Source: Mobula hypostoma (Eukaryota). Taken from it: a stretch of 64,000 nt of DNA. Below the pieces are notes generated by a model. The model was not told the DNA's origin. It made no database searches and saw only the letters and a program-made list of their open reading frames with translations. The DNA is taken from assembly GCF_963921235.1 (NCBI RefSeq), contig NC_086118.1, positions 13,270,001 through 13,334,000 of the forward strand, read 5' to 3'. A program made the translations under genes and the position numbers. Below are positions 36,913-50,000 of the stretch, piece by piece. Each line of letters opens with the position of its first letter. Positions within the stretch are counted from its first letter, which is position 1.

Positions 36913-38867
36913 GCGCGATAAAAGGAAGCGCGCGCCCTGAGCAGCCGCTCTGCCCTGGATTCAGAACTGCTTTGCTTTAACAAGTGCCTGTGAGCAGCCA
37001 TTTGCAAGATGAGTTCTATGGCATCGGGAAAGCCTGAAAGAGCTCGTAAGAGTGTTACACCTAGCGTAAAACTAGACATAATTAAGCGTCTCTATTGTGG
37101 TGAACGAAGTAAGGACAACGTGAGTTTGGCTTGTGGAAGTTGACAAAGATGATGTTGAAGAGGTTTTAGCATCCCATCACCAAGAACTGACAGATGAAGA
37201 GCTGATGCAATAGAAAGAAAAAAGGATAACAATCGAAATCGAATGAGTAATGATAAAGTACGACTTTAATTTTGAAAGGGTACGTCGGTTTAGGAGATAT
37301 TTCCAGGATGGTTTGAGTCCTTATTAAAGAACTGTGTGATAGAAAAATGCGCGAGGCTCAGCAGTCAAGCAAGCCTTCCACATCAGCCACAGCAGACGAC
37401 GAACCTCGACCTTTGACATCGAGGCAGGCAGATATAGAAGAAGATGAGCTGCCTGCTCTAATGGAAACAGACGACGAGATGACACCCCAGTGTCCCACCA
37501 CCCCAACCCCCAGACCATGGACAGATACCGATTCGCGGAAAATGCAACGGTGGCCGGGAGGCACACAGCACACCTTTAAGAAAAAAGCCGAAATAAACAT
37601 GCTAATTAATTAGGTGCCGCCCACATGTAATTGTCGGCCCAGATCAGAGACGACGCAATCGGAAATTGGCACTGATCTGGGCCGACAATTGCGTGTCGGG
37701 TGGCACCTAATTAATTAACTTGTTTATTTCGGCTTTTTTCTTAAAGATGTGCTGTGTGCCTCCCGGCTACCTCTGCATTCCTGCATGCTTCGCAGCAATG
37801 TATCGCTCGGCGGCCCGGAGGGTGGGGGCCACTGCACCATCCCAACCTGCGACGACTCAGTCTAACACACTACCATCAGTGTGCTCGACAAGATATCTTC
37901 CCAATTCCCGTAAGTGATACTACACTGTACATACATTATTTCTACTTTATATAGGCTGTGTATTTTTACGTGTTATTTGATATGATTTGGCAGCTTCATA
38001 GATGGACAGAGTGTTCTTGCCAACGGCGCTTGCGTGAGATTTTCGCTACAGAGAACAGTTCAGTAATGATTGGGGAAAAGTATTTCTACTTTATATAGGC
38101 TGTGTATTTATCGTATCATTCCTGCTTTTACTATATGTTACTGTTATTTTAGGTTTTATGTGTTATTTGGCATGACTTGGTAGGTTATTTTTGTGTCTGC
38201 GAACGCTCACAAAATTTTCCCATATAAATAAATGGTAATTGTTTCTTCGCTTTACGACATTTCGGCTTACGAACCGTTTCATAGGAACGCTGTACCTTCA
38301 GATGGCAGGGGAAACCTGTACCTGTACAGACATGTACTTGTGCATATGGAAATAAACTCAACTGTGACTTCTTTCAAAACGAGCAACTGATTTGGTGGCA
38401 CAATTTCGTTCTGGAGAGAATAACATGCTGGTGAACTGGTGGCACTGCTTTTTGGTGCATGGGACGCACACACAACATTAAATGTGATCTCTTTAAAGGG
38501 CTAGACATCCTATTCTTGTTCTTATTTCTTTTGTTCTTAACAGTACTAGTATACATGTGCTCTAAAAGGGTATTTACATATATCTGGTTACATTGCTCTT
38601 CCTCAATACTCTTGAGTTATTTTTCTTTGTACCTACCACACTTCAATGTTTAGTGTTCCAGGTTGCAGCGTCTCCAAATCTCCACAGTCTCTGTTTTTCC
38701 TACATTAAATAATATTTGGATCTATCCGCCTTTGGTTCAAGATAGATAAACTTCCCTTTTTGTCAACTATGCTTGTTTTGTTTATTAAGTGAGCTCTGTT
38801 TCCTTGGTGGTTTTATTGTTCTACTTTAAACAAATTATTCTTTGAACAAACTATCATTTTTCTAAAG

Positions 38868-40247
38868 GAATTATAGACCAGTGAGTTTTACTTCAGTGGT
38901 TGGTAAGTTGATAGAGAAGATCCTGAGAAGCAGGATTTATGAACATTTAGAGAGGCATAATGAGATTAGAAATAGTCAGCGTTGCTTTGTCAAGGGCAGG
39001 TCATGCCTTACGAGCCTGATTGAATTTTTTGAGGATGTGACTAAACACATTGATGAAGGAAGAGCAGTAGATGTAGTGTATATGGATTTCAATAAGGCAT
39101 TTGATAAGGTACCCCATGCAAGGCTTATTGAGAAAGTAAGGAGGCATGAGATCCAAGGAGATATTGCTTTGTGGATCCAGAATTGGCTTGCCCACAGAAG
39201 GTAAAGAATGGTTGTAGATGGGTCATATTCTGCATGGAGGTCGGTGACCAGCCGTGTGCCTCAGGGATCTGTTCTGGGACCCTTACTCTCGAGATTTTTA
39301 TATATGACCTGGATAAGGAATTTGGAGGGATGGGTTAGTAAGTTTGCTGATGACTCAAAGATTGGAGGTGTTCTGGATAGTGTGGAGGGCTGTCAGAGGT
39401 TACAACGGGACATTGATAGGATGCAGAACTGGGCTGAGAAGTGGCAGATGGAGTTGAACCCAGATATGTGTGAAGTGGTTCATTTTGGTAGGTCAAATAT
39501 GATGGCAGAAAATAGAATTAATGGTAAGACTCTTGGCAATGTGGAGGATCAGAGGGATCTTGGGGTCCGAGTCCATAGCAGCTCAAAGCAGCTGTGCAGG
39601 TTGACTCTGTGGTTAAGAAGGCATACGGTGTATTGACCTTCATTAATCGTAGAATTGAATTTAGGTGCCGAGAGGTAATGTTGCAGCTATATAGGACCCT
39701 GGTCCGACCCCACTTGGGGTACTGTGCTCAATTCTGTTTGCCTCACTACAGGAAGGATGTGGAAGCCATAGAAAGGGTGCAGAGGAGATTTACAAGGAAG
39801 TTGCCTGGATTGGGGAGCAAGTCTTGTGAAAACAGATTGAGTGAACTCGGCTTTTTCTCCTTGGAGTGACAGAGGATGAGAAGTGACCTGATAGAGGTGT
39901 ATAAGATGATGAGAGGCATTGATTATGTCAGAGTCTTATTCCCAGCGCTGAAATTGTTGCCACAAGAGGACACAGGTTTAAGGTGCTGGGGAGCAGGTAC
40001 AGAGGCGATTTCAGGGGTAAGTTTTTTACTCAGAGAGTGGTGAGTGCATGGAATGGGCTGCCGGCAACGGTGGTGGAGGCGGATACAATAAGGTCTTTTA
40101 AGAGACTTTTAGAAAGATACAAGGAGCTTAGAAAATAGAGGGCTATGGGGAAGTCTAATCATTTTTAAGGTAGGGACATGTTCGGCACAACTTTGTGGGT
40201 CGAAGGGCCTGTATTGTGCTGTAGGTTTTCTATGTTTCTATGTTTCT
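38868..40247 (+). mobile_element. 5'-truncated CR1 LINE
   Basis: [47 protein letters not shown]. (TTCTATGT)n tail. Confidence 0.95.
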
Positions 40248-40926
40248 AACTTAGAACAATTGCAGTCAGCCTTGCCAAACACAGAGTCTCAGTAATTGTG
40301 TTAAGTTTCTCTGCTTTGAGTTTAATATTGAATTAGATCATATTTTGATGACTATTATATAAATGTTCTTTCACGATTAGATTATTGAGTATGGCTCATT
40401 ACTTGGTACTCATTCTGATGTATCCTAGCCATCTTGGTGTTATGTATTCTATTTGATCACTGTGGTTAGTGATGAAAAATCAAAGCTGTTCCAGGCTGTC
40501 AAATACTGATAACCTGTAATCCTTCATCCCTTGGGTGTCAGCAATACTCCAGGGCATTGGGAAGAAATCTGAAAGGAGACTTAAAATTCATTGAATTCTC
40601 TCTTGCATGTCACCTACCTAGTAGATGTGAAGTTTCTCAATCAATGCCAAATCCTAGGCAATCCTGAGGGAGTTCAGGAGAGAGGAATTAATACACAACT
40701 GAAGAGGTATATTTTAAGAGGAATTAGAAAAGATGTAACAAAACAGAAAGCTATTAAGGAGTAATAACTTATAATCAATTGCTATCAGGCGTGTAGTAAC
40801 TGATCTTATTTAAGAGCTACCAAGAAGCTGGGTGTCGAATCTCTTGCCTTGCTGAAAATTCAAAATATGTTGCTGGTTCTGATGATACAAAAAGTATTTT
40901 ATTATCTTCTTGGGATTCATCGAAGA

Positions 40927-41382
40927 TATAGAAACATAGAAACATAGAAAATAGGTGCAGGAGTAGGCCATTCGGCCCTTCGAGCCTGCACCGCCATTTA
41001 TTATGATCATGGCTGATCATCCAACTCAGAACCCCGCCCCAGCCTTCCCTCCATACCCCCTGACCCCCGTAGCCACAAGGGCCATATCTAACTCCCTCTT
41101 AAATATAGCCAATGAACTGGCCTCAACTGTTTCCTGTGGCAGAGAATTCCACAGATTCACCACTCTCTGTGTGAAGAAGTTTTTCCTCATCTCGGTCCTA
41201 AAAGGCTTCCCCTCTATCCTCAAACTGTGGCCCCTCGTTCTGGACTTCCCCAACATCGGGAACAATCTTCCTTCATCTAGCCTGTCCAATCCCTTTAGGA
41301 TCTTATACGTTTCAATCAGATCCCCCCTCAATCTTCTAAAGTCCAACGAGTACAAGCCTAGTTGATCCAGTCTTTCTTCATC
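40927..41382 (-). mobile_element. Young CR1 3' fragment
   Basis: LGLYSLDFRRLRGDLIETYKIL...KSRTRGH...FFTQRVV. (TTCTATGT)n tail. Very similar to 50416-50867. Confidence 0.95.
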
Positions 41383-41389
41383 AGGTGAG

Positions 41390-41890
41390 TGATATGCGAG
41401 AAATAGCTCAATAGATTTTATATTTCCTTTCAGGTTTCCTCCCTGTCTTGAAGGCTCCAGTTCATTGTAAATCTCGAAAAAGGATTTTATAATGTGGCTG
41501 TGTTTCCTAGCAGCTCCCACTTCTTTAACTTGAAGGAGTCTGCACTGTCAGATAATTCTGGCTGTCAACACTGCCTTGAGGGATGGCTCCTGAAGTAGCA
41601 AAGGGTCCTTCTATTTTGAGGCTTTTCAGGCCAGGTTGCTCTTTGATCATAATAGCTGGGCGACGAGATAAGAAGATCTTGTACCAGGATGATCTGAAGA
41701 ATGCCACTGGTGTTCTCAAGATGAGGTTCTGTGGCTTATTTCAGTCCCAGGTTGACATCTTGCTGAAAGAACACTGCCCTCCTTACAAAATGTTCTTTCC
41801 TCAGAGGAGCTCCATTCAGCAGATGTAAACCATGGGTGAGTTATTGAATGCTTTAACCAAAAGCCACATCCCTGAAATTGAAGCATCCTA
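41390..41890 (-). mobile_element. Possible very old RTE-like RT remnant
   Basis: Minus-strand QGCGFWLKHSI (cf. QCGFR..RST) and GPFATSGAIPQGSV (cf. PF...SGVPQGSV) in the expected order. Heavily decayed. Confidence 0.35.
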
Positions 41891-42024
41891 TCGTATTAAT
41901 TTGTTATAATAATCAGTCCTAAACTATGCCTCCATCTTCTACAAAGTGGGAGATGAATGGAGCCACCACCACTTCATTAGCAACATACTTCATTAACAAA
42001 ATTTCCCTCGGGATTATTAAAGTA

Positions 42025-42088
<64 letters not shown>
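42025..42088 (+). repeat. (TATC)16 microsatellite forming the tail of a tiny Rex-type 3' end
   Basis: Perfect TATC x16, immediately after aatttccctcgggattattaaagta, which resembles the Rex 3' termini at ~30255-30280 and ~45277-45302 (reverse orientation). Confidence 0.9.
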
Positions 42089-42090
<2 letters not shown>

Positions 42091-42339
42091 CCACTTCTCC
42101 CTGCTCACTGTTTGACACTCTCTTCATTGTCCTCCAAATCCAGTGGGCCTACGGCTTTTTTCCATACCTCTCATGTTTTGGGTCTCCTTACTGCATAACA
42201 TTTTGAAGGATGCAAGACAGCACAATGAAGTCTCTGTACCTATGAAGCATAAGGTACAGTGCTGTCCAGTTTGGACAGCTTTCATCATTGCAGTCAATGC
42301 AGGTGGGAGTAATGCATTTCACAATATATTGGACGTATT

Positions 42340-43990
42340 TTCCCTCTCAGCCCCAATCTCCTGCCTCCTCTCCATATCACTTCATGCCCTGACTAACCAA
42401 GAACCTATCCCCTCCCTTAAATATACCCAATGACTTGGCCTCCACAGCTGTCTGTGGCCATGAAATCCACAGATTCACTAGTCTCTGGCTAAGGAATCCT
42501 CCCTCATCTCTGTCCTAAAAGGATGTCCCTCTATTCTGAGGCTATGTCCTCTGGGTCTTTGATTTCCACAGTACAGGAAACATCATCTCTACATCCACAC
42601 TTCTGGGGCCTTTCAGCATTCAAAAAGTTTCAATGAGGTCACCCCTCCGGTGGGTTGAGGCCCAGAGCCATCAAATCATCTTCATCTGCCAAGCCTTTCA
42701 ATGCCAGAATCATTTTTGTGATCGTCCTTTGGACCTTCTACAATGTCATCACATTCTTTCTTAGATAAGGGGCCCAAAACTGACCACAATACTCCAAGTG
42801 AAGCCTCTTTCTTTTTAAATCTTTTCATTAATTTTTCAAAATTATAAACTCAATAACAAAGTTGGTACAAAGAGATTGGAAAAATGTTCATCAGCATATA
42901 TAAAATGAATTTTAAGTAACATAGTTATAAAAGACTTCCAAACTCATAATGAGATTAAACATTAAAAAAGAAATAAAAAGAAAAAAATATATATAAACAA
43001 AAAATCCAAAAGAAAAAGAGAAAAAAAAAACCCAAAAAAGCAAAACAGGGCTAGACCAACAGTTTGTATCAGACACGTTCAATAATGTCGTTAACTCGGC
43101 TCCTCTCATCATATAATTTTAGAAAAAAAGATTCAGACAGGTCAGATTACATCATATGAAAATGTTGCATAAAATGTTTCCAAGTATCTTCAAATTTAAC
43201 TGAAGGGTCAAAAATATCACTTCTAATTTTTTCTAAATTTAAACTTAATGTGGTTTGAGAAAACCATTGGAATGTAGTTGGAGGATTAGTTTCCTTCTAG
43301 TTCAACAAAATTGATCTTCTCGCCATTAAAGTAACAAAAGCTATCATTCGAGAGGCTGAAGAAGACAAAGATCTATGTTCTACCATTGGCAATCCAAGGA
43401 TGGGGTTTTAAATCAAAGCATAGAACAGGTGAAGCCTCACCGCTGCCTTATACAGCCTCAGAATTACATCCTTGCTTTTATATTCTAGTCCTCTTGCAAT
43501 GAATGCTAACATTGCATTTGCCTGCAATTCAACCTGTAAATTAACCTTTAAGGAATCCCGCACAAGGACTCCCAAATCACTTTGCATCTTGGATTTTTCA
43601 ATTTGCTCCCCATTTAGAAAATAGTTTATGCTTTTATTCCTTCTACCAAAATGTATGACCATACACATCCTGTTGCTGTATTCCATCTCCCACTTCTTTG
43701 CCCATTCGCCTAATCTGCCCAAATCCTTCTGTAGCTTCTCTACTCTTCAATACTATTTGCCCCTCTACCTATCTTTGTATCATCCACAAATTTGACCACA
43801 AACCAATCAGTTCTGTCATCCAAGCCATTGACATGTAAAATTAAAAGAAGTGGTCCCAACGCAGGTCCCTGTGGAACACCTCTAGTCAGCGGAAGCCAGT
43901 CAGAAAAAGATTCCTTTGTTCCTATTCTTTGCCTCCTGCCAATCACCCAAAGCTCTATCCATGCTAATACCATAGGCTCTTAACTTGTTC
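42340..43990 (-). mobile_element. CR1 LINE fragment interrupted by an L1
   Basis: GVPQGPALGPLL, KFVDDTKIG, LGEWAKKW, LRLYKAAVRLH, with the 3' part at 42340-42807. Confidence 0.88.
42808..43428 (-). mobile_element. L1-clade LINE 3' fragment
   Basis: ORF2 C-terminus MIAFVTLMARRSILLN*KETNPPTTFQW...LNLEKIR...KFEDTWKHF, T-rich 3' UTR and A-rich tail. Perfect 10-bp TSD GTGAAGCCTC at 42798-42807 and 43429-43438. Confidence 0.85.
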
Positions 43991-44190
43991 CTCTAGGGAG
44001 GTGCGTTGGGCAATTGTTTAAAAGCAAAGGAGATTACACCAGTAATGAAGAATCCCTCATGTAATTTCAAAGACGTTGAGTTTAAGCCAATGCATCAAAT
44101 GTTCACTTCTCAACATACATTGGAGCAGAACTGACTCTCTCGGTTCCAGAAGCATCGACTTTCACTCCGTAGACAACAAATGGATGTAGT

Positions 44191-46364
44191 AACGCACATA
44201 AAAATTGCTGGTGAACGCAACAGGCCAGGCAGCATCTCGAGGAAGAGGTACAGTTGATGTTTCGGGCCGAGACCCTTCGTCAGCACTAGCTGAAAGAGCT
44301 AGTAAGAGATTTGAAAGTGGGAGGGGGAGGGGTGATCCGAAATGATAGGAGAAGACAGGAGGGGGAGGGATGGAGCCAAGAGCTGGAAAGTTGATTGGCA
44401 AAAGGGATGCAAGAGGATCATGGGACAGGAGACCTAGGGAGAAAGAAAAGGGGAGGGGAAGCCCAGAGGATGGGCAAGGGATATAGTGAGAGGGATAGAG
44501 GGAGAAAAAGGAGAGAGAGAAAAAGAAAGTGTGTGTATATAAATAAATAAATAACGGATGAGGTACGAGGGGGAGGTGGGGCATTAGCGGAAGTTTGAGA
44601 AGTCAACATTCATCCATCAGGTTGGAGGCTACCCAGACGGAATATAAGGTGTTGTTCCTCCAACCTGAGTGTGGCTTCTTCTTTACAGTAGAGGAGGCCG
44701 CGGATAGACATGTCAGAATGGGAATGGAATGTGGAATTAAAATGTGTGGCCACTGGGAGATCCTGCTTTCTCTGGCGGACAGAGCATAGGTGTTCAGCGA
44801 AACGATCTCCCAGTCTGTGTCCGGTCTTGCCAATATAAAGAAGGCCGCATCGGGAGCACTAGACGCAGTATATCACCCCAGCCGACTCACAGGTAAAGTG
44901 TCGCCTCACCTGGACGGACTGTCTAGGGCCCTGAATGGTAGTGAGGGAGGAAGTGTAAGGGCAGGTGTAGCATTTGTTCTGCTTACAAGGATAAGTGCCA
45001 GGAGAGAGATCAGTGGGGAGGGATGGGGGGAACGAATGGACAAGGGAGTTGCGTAGGGAGCGATCCCTGCGGAAAGCAGAGAGAGAGGGGAGAGAAAGAT
45101 GTGCTTAGTGGTGGGATCCCGTTGGAGGTGGCAGAAGTTAAGGAGAATTATATGTTGGAGGCTGGTGGAGTGGTAGGTGAGGACAAGGGGACCCTATTCC
45201 TAGTGGGGTGGCAGGAGGATGGAGTGAGAGCAGATGTGTGTGAAATGGGGGAGATAGATAGATAGATAGATGGGTATACTTTATTGATTCCGAGGGAAAT
45301 TGGGTTTCGTTACAGCCGCACCAACCAAGAATAGAGCATAAATATAGCAATACAAAAACCACAAACAATCAAACAACAAAATGCAAACTATGCCAGACAG
45401 AAAATAAGTCCAGGACCAGTCTATTGGCTCAGAGTGTCTGACCCTCCACAGGAGGAGCTGCAAGTTCGATGCAAGATGCATTTGAGAGCAGAATTGATGG
45501 TGGAAGAAGGGAAGCCCCTTTCTTTAAAAAAGGAGGACACCTCCTTCGTCCTGGAATGAGAAGCCTCATCCTGAGAGCAGATGCGGCGGAGATGGAGGAA
45601 TTGCGAGAAGGGGATGGCATTTTTCTAAGAGACAGGGTGAGAAGAGGAATAGTCCAGATAGCTGTGAGAGTCAGTAGGCTTATAGTAAACATAAGTAGAT
45701 AAGATGTCTCCAGAGAGAGAGACAGAAAGATCTAGAAAGGGGAGGGAGGTGTTGGAAATGGACCAGGTAAACTTGAGGGCAGGGTGAAAGTTGGAGGCAA
45801 AGTTAATGAAGTCAATGAGCTCAGCATACATGCAGGAAGTAGCGCCAATGCAGTCGTCGATGTAGCGAAGGAATAGTTGGGGACAGATACCAGAATAAGT
45901 CTGGAACATAGATTGTTCCACAAAGCCAACAAAAAGGCAGGCATAGCTGGGACTCATACAGGTGCCCATGGCTACACCTTTAGTTTGGAGGAAGTGGGAG
46001 GAGCCAAAGGAGAAATTATTAAGAGTAAAGACTAATTCCGCTGGACGGAGCAGAGTGGTGGTAGAGGGGATCTGGTTAGGTCTGGAATCCGAAAAGAAGC
46101 AGAGAGTTTGAGACCTTCCTGATGGGGGATGGAAGTATATAGGGACTGGACATCCATGGTGAAAATAAAGCGATGGGGGCCAGGGAATTTAAAATCATCG
46201 AAAAGTTTCAGAGCGTGAGAAGTGTCATGAATATAGGTAGGAAAGGATTGAACAAGGGGGGATAAAACAGTGTTGAGGTATGCAGAAATGAGATCGGTGG
46301 GGCAGGAGCAAGCTGAGACAATGGGTCTACCTGGACAGGCAGGTTTGTGCTTGGTGGGGGATGG
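44191..46364 (-). mobile_element. Penelope-like element, largest copy (RT, GIY-YIG, pLTR)
   Basis: PGRPIVSACSCPT, FTMDVQSLYTSIPH, GVAMGTCMSPSYACLFVG, LRYIDDC, FLDLSV, YYKPTDSHSYL, GVIYC..CSRCGLLYIGKT. Perfect 12-bp TSD AATGGATGTAGT at 44179-44190 and 46365-46376. Confidence 0.95.
45252..45470 (-). mobile_element. Short Rex1 3' end nested in the PLE
   Basis: Near-match to 30370-30440 (aaataagtccaggaccag.ctattggctcag), with a (ATCT)n tail. Confidence 0.85.
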
Positions 46365-47044
46365 AATGGATGTAGTTACTGTATTGCCTGAATAATCACT
46401 TCTGACTAATATAACCTCAAATGGTTCTATTGCTTTCAGTTTTGCACATAAATAGAAACTCCTAGAGAATGTGCAACATTGGACATATTTTCTTCTTGCC
46501 AAAGACATTGCACACATTTCTTAGCTCCTCCTAAGGGTTCCTCCAGAAACTATGTTAACAAACAAAGAAAAAGAAGAGAGTTGTATCCCAAATAGCAATT
46601 ATCTTCACATTAAATAACATTCTTATACATTTCCCGAATAACATGGCAGCTGTTCTATTTGTTAAATTGCTTGAGAATATGTGTTCTGCTGCAGTGAGGA
46701 AATCATTTTTATTTGAATAGCATCAGACATTGCCCAGCGACAATCTAACTTATTTGGAAATCAATGGACTAATGTGAAAAGCCTAACATTATAGAATTAT
46801 ACAGTCTTAGATTAGATTAGACTCAACTTTATTGTCATTGTGCCAAGTACAGATACAAAGCCAGTGAAATGCAGTTAGCATCTAACCAGAAATGCAAAGA
46901 ATAGTGTTATTTACAAAATAGCTGCGAATAAAAAGTAAGTGCTACAGCACACAAATATAAAAGTACAGAGACAGTACAATATGGGTGCAATACTGCTTAG
47001 CAGGGTCACAGCCTCAGGGAAGAAGCTCTTTCTGTGCCTGCTGA

Positions 47045-50000
47045 TGCAGCACAGAAACAAGCCCTTTGGCCAATCTAGTCCATGCTGAAAACATTAAAAC
47101 TGCCTACTCCCATTGACCTGCACCAGGGCCATAACCCTCAATATCTCTACTGTCCATTGACTTATGCAAACTTCTCTTAAATGTTGAAATTGAACAAATA
47201 CACTCCACTTGGGCTGCCAGCTCATTCCACACTCTCACAATCCTCTGAGTTAAGAAGTCTCCTGTCATGTTCCCCTTAATCTTCTCACCTTCCACCCTTA
47301 ACACATGACTCATGTAGTCCCACCCAAACTCAGTGGAAAAAGCCTATCTGGGCCTCTCATAATTTTGTATATATCTATCAAATCTCCTCTCAATCTTCAA
47401 CATACTAAAGAATATAGTCCTAGCCTATTTAATCTTTCCTTATAACTCAAGACCTGACAGTATGTTTGTGAATTTGTTCTGTACTCGTTCAAACTTGTTT
47501 GCATCTTTCCTGTTGGTGGGTGACCAAAATTGCACTCAATACTCCATATTAAGCCTCACCAACATCTTATATAACTTCAGCCTAATATCCCATATCCTGT
47601 ACTCAAGGCAGTGATTTATGAAGGCCAACGTGCCAAAAGCTTTCTTTATGACTTTATTCACCTGTGGCCCAACTTTCAATGAACTATAGACCTGTATTCC
47701 CAGATCCCTTTGTTCTACCACACTTCTCAGTGCCCTGCCATTCATTGTGTAAGACCTACTCTGGTTGGTCCTATCCATGTCCCGCAAAACCTCTCTCTTG
47801 TCTGTCATTTTCCAGTCCATTTTTCCAGCCGATGCTGATCCCCCTGCAAGCCATGGTAGACTTCTTCACTGTCCACTGTACCCCCAAACTTGGTGTCATT
47901 CGCAGAATTGCTGATCCAGTTAGCCAGATACTTGCTATAGATGACAAACAACAAAGAACAGAGCACCAGTCCCTGAGGCACACCATAATCATAGGTGTCC
48001 AGTCATAGAGGCAATCCTCTACTACCATGTTCTGGCTTCTCCCACAAATCTAATACCTAATCTAATTTACTACCTCAGTGTAAATGCCAAGTGATTTAAC
48101 CTCTCAACAAACCTCCCATGTATGACCTTGTCAAATTCCTTGGTAAAGTCCACGTAAACAACAACTAGTGCCTTGTCTTCATCAAAGTTCCTGGTAACAT
48201 CCGCAAAAAACTCTATAGGATTGGTTAAGCATGACCTACCACCCATGAAGTCAAGCTGATTATCCCCAATCACTCCATGTTTATCCAAATACTTATATAT
48301 CTGTTCCTTAGAATACCTTCCAATAACATTTCCGCAACTGATGTCAGACTCACTGGCCTATAATTTACTGGTTTATAATTTAGAGCCTTTTTTAAACAGT
48401 GGAAGAACATTGGCCATCTTCCAATCCTCCCCTGTTGCTAAGGATGATTTAAATTCTCTGCTAGGGTCCTAGCAATTTCTGCACTTGCCTCCCATAGGGT
48501 CTGAGGGAATACCTTGTCAGGCCGTGGAGATTTATCCACCCCGAATGGCCTCAGGGTAACAAGCACCTCCTCCTCTGTGAACTCTACAGGGTCCAGGAGG
48601 TTGATGCCAGTTCGCCTCACTTTATAGACTCTGTGTCCATTTCCTAAGTAAATATAGATGCAAAGAATTCATTTAAGATCTCCCCCACCCGTTTTGGCTC
48701 CACACATGGATTACCATTCTGGTCTTCCAGAGGACCATTGTTGTCCCTTGCAAGCCTCTTGCTCTGAACATATCTATGGAATCCCTTAGGATTCTCCTAC
48801 ACCTTTGCTGCAAGAGCAACTTCATTCCTTCTTTTAACCCTGATTTTTTTTTCTTAAATATTCTCTTCATTTCTTATGCTCCATAAGGACCTTATTTGTT
48901 CCTACTTGTCTATAGCTGCTATGCAGCTTCTTTTTTGTCTTAACTAGGGCCTCAATATCTCTTGAAAACCAAGTTCCCTTCAATTGTCATAAAAGTTGCT
49001 GGTGAACGCAGCAGGCCAGGCAGCATCTCTAGGAAGAGGCTGCCTGGCCTGCTGCGTTCACCAGCAACTTTTATGTGTGTTGCTTGAAATTACAGCATCT
49101 GCAGATTTCCTCGTGTCTGCGTCCCTTCAATTGTTATGTTTATCTTTTATTCTGACAGGCAAATACAAGCTGTGTACTCTCATAATTTCATTTTTGATGG
49201 CCTCCCATTTACCAAGTACACCTTTGCCAGGAAACAGCCTGTCCCAATCCACACTCACCAGATCATTTCTGATACCATCAAAATTGGCCTTTCTCCAGTT
49301 TAGAATCTCAACCCATGGACCAGATCTATCTTTTTGCATATTTACTTTGAAACTAATGAAATGTGGTTACTGGATGCAAAGTATTTCCCTACACAAACTT
49401 TTGTCACTTGCCTTGTCTCATTCCCTGATCCAGTATCACATGCTCTCTCATTGGGACCTCAACATAATGATGAATGTAGAAACTTTCCTGAACACATTTA
49501 GCAAACTCTATCCCATCTAGTGTTTTTATAGTATGGGATTCTCAGTCAATATGTGGAAAGTTAAAATCACCTACTATAACAACTTTATGTTTCTTGCAAC
49601 AGTCTCCTTCCACTTTTGATCCTCTAAATCCCTAGGACAGTTGGGTGGTCTGTAATATAGCCCCATTAACCTGGTCATACCTTTCTTATGTCTCAGTCCC
49701 ACCCATAATGCCTCTCGAGTTGAGTTCTCCATGCTGTCCTGACAGAGCACTGCTGTGACATTTTCCCTGACTAGTAACACCACCCCTCCTCCTTTCATCC
49801 CTCCCTCTCTGTCACGTCTAAAAACACAGAACCCCGGAATATTGAACTGCCAGTCCTGCACCTCCTGCAGCCAAGTCTCACTAATAGTTACAATATCATA
49901 TTTCCGGGTGTTGATCTATGCCCTGAGTTCATCTGCCTTCCCTATGATACTTCCTGCATGGAAGTATACACAGCTCAGGATACTTGTCACACCATGCTCA

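Larger units (their letters stand above)
36293..38318 (+). mobile_element. Non-autonomous Tigger-family DNA transposon (deletion derivative)
   Basis: Imperfect TIRs caagtgtcccccgc...tcgaa and caggtttcccctgc...ctgaa. TA TSD at 36291-92 and 38319-20. Transposase N-terminus RARKSVTPSVKLDIIKR is fused to the C-terminal DDVEEVLASHHQELTDEELM. Confidence 0.88.
35990..38362 (+). mobile_element. Rex-like LINE/SINE 3' fragment split by the Tigger insertion
   Basis: LPLGGR...TTRFQNSYSP motif. The sequence ...ttattgTA|cctgtacagacatg...aataaactc is continuous across 36293-38318. Confidence 0.6.

Noticed and set aside
36261..36980. 239-aa ORF as a novel gene
   Set aside because: It spans a Rex-type flank, the Tigger end and the PLE fold-back, so it is a chimeric chance ORF with no domain.
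41026..41520. 164-aa ORF
   Set aside because: It is a fusion of flanking sequence to a CR1 ORF2 C-terminus at the 5' truncation point.
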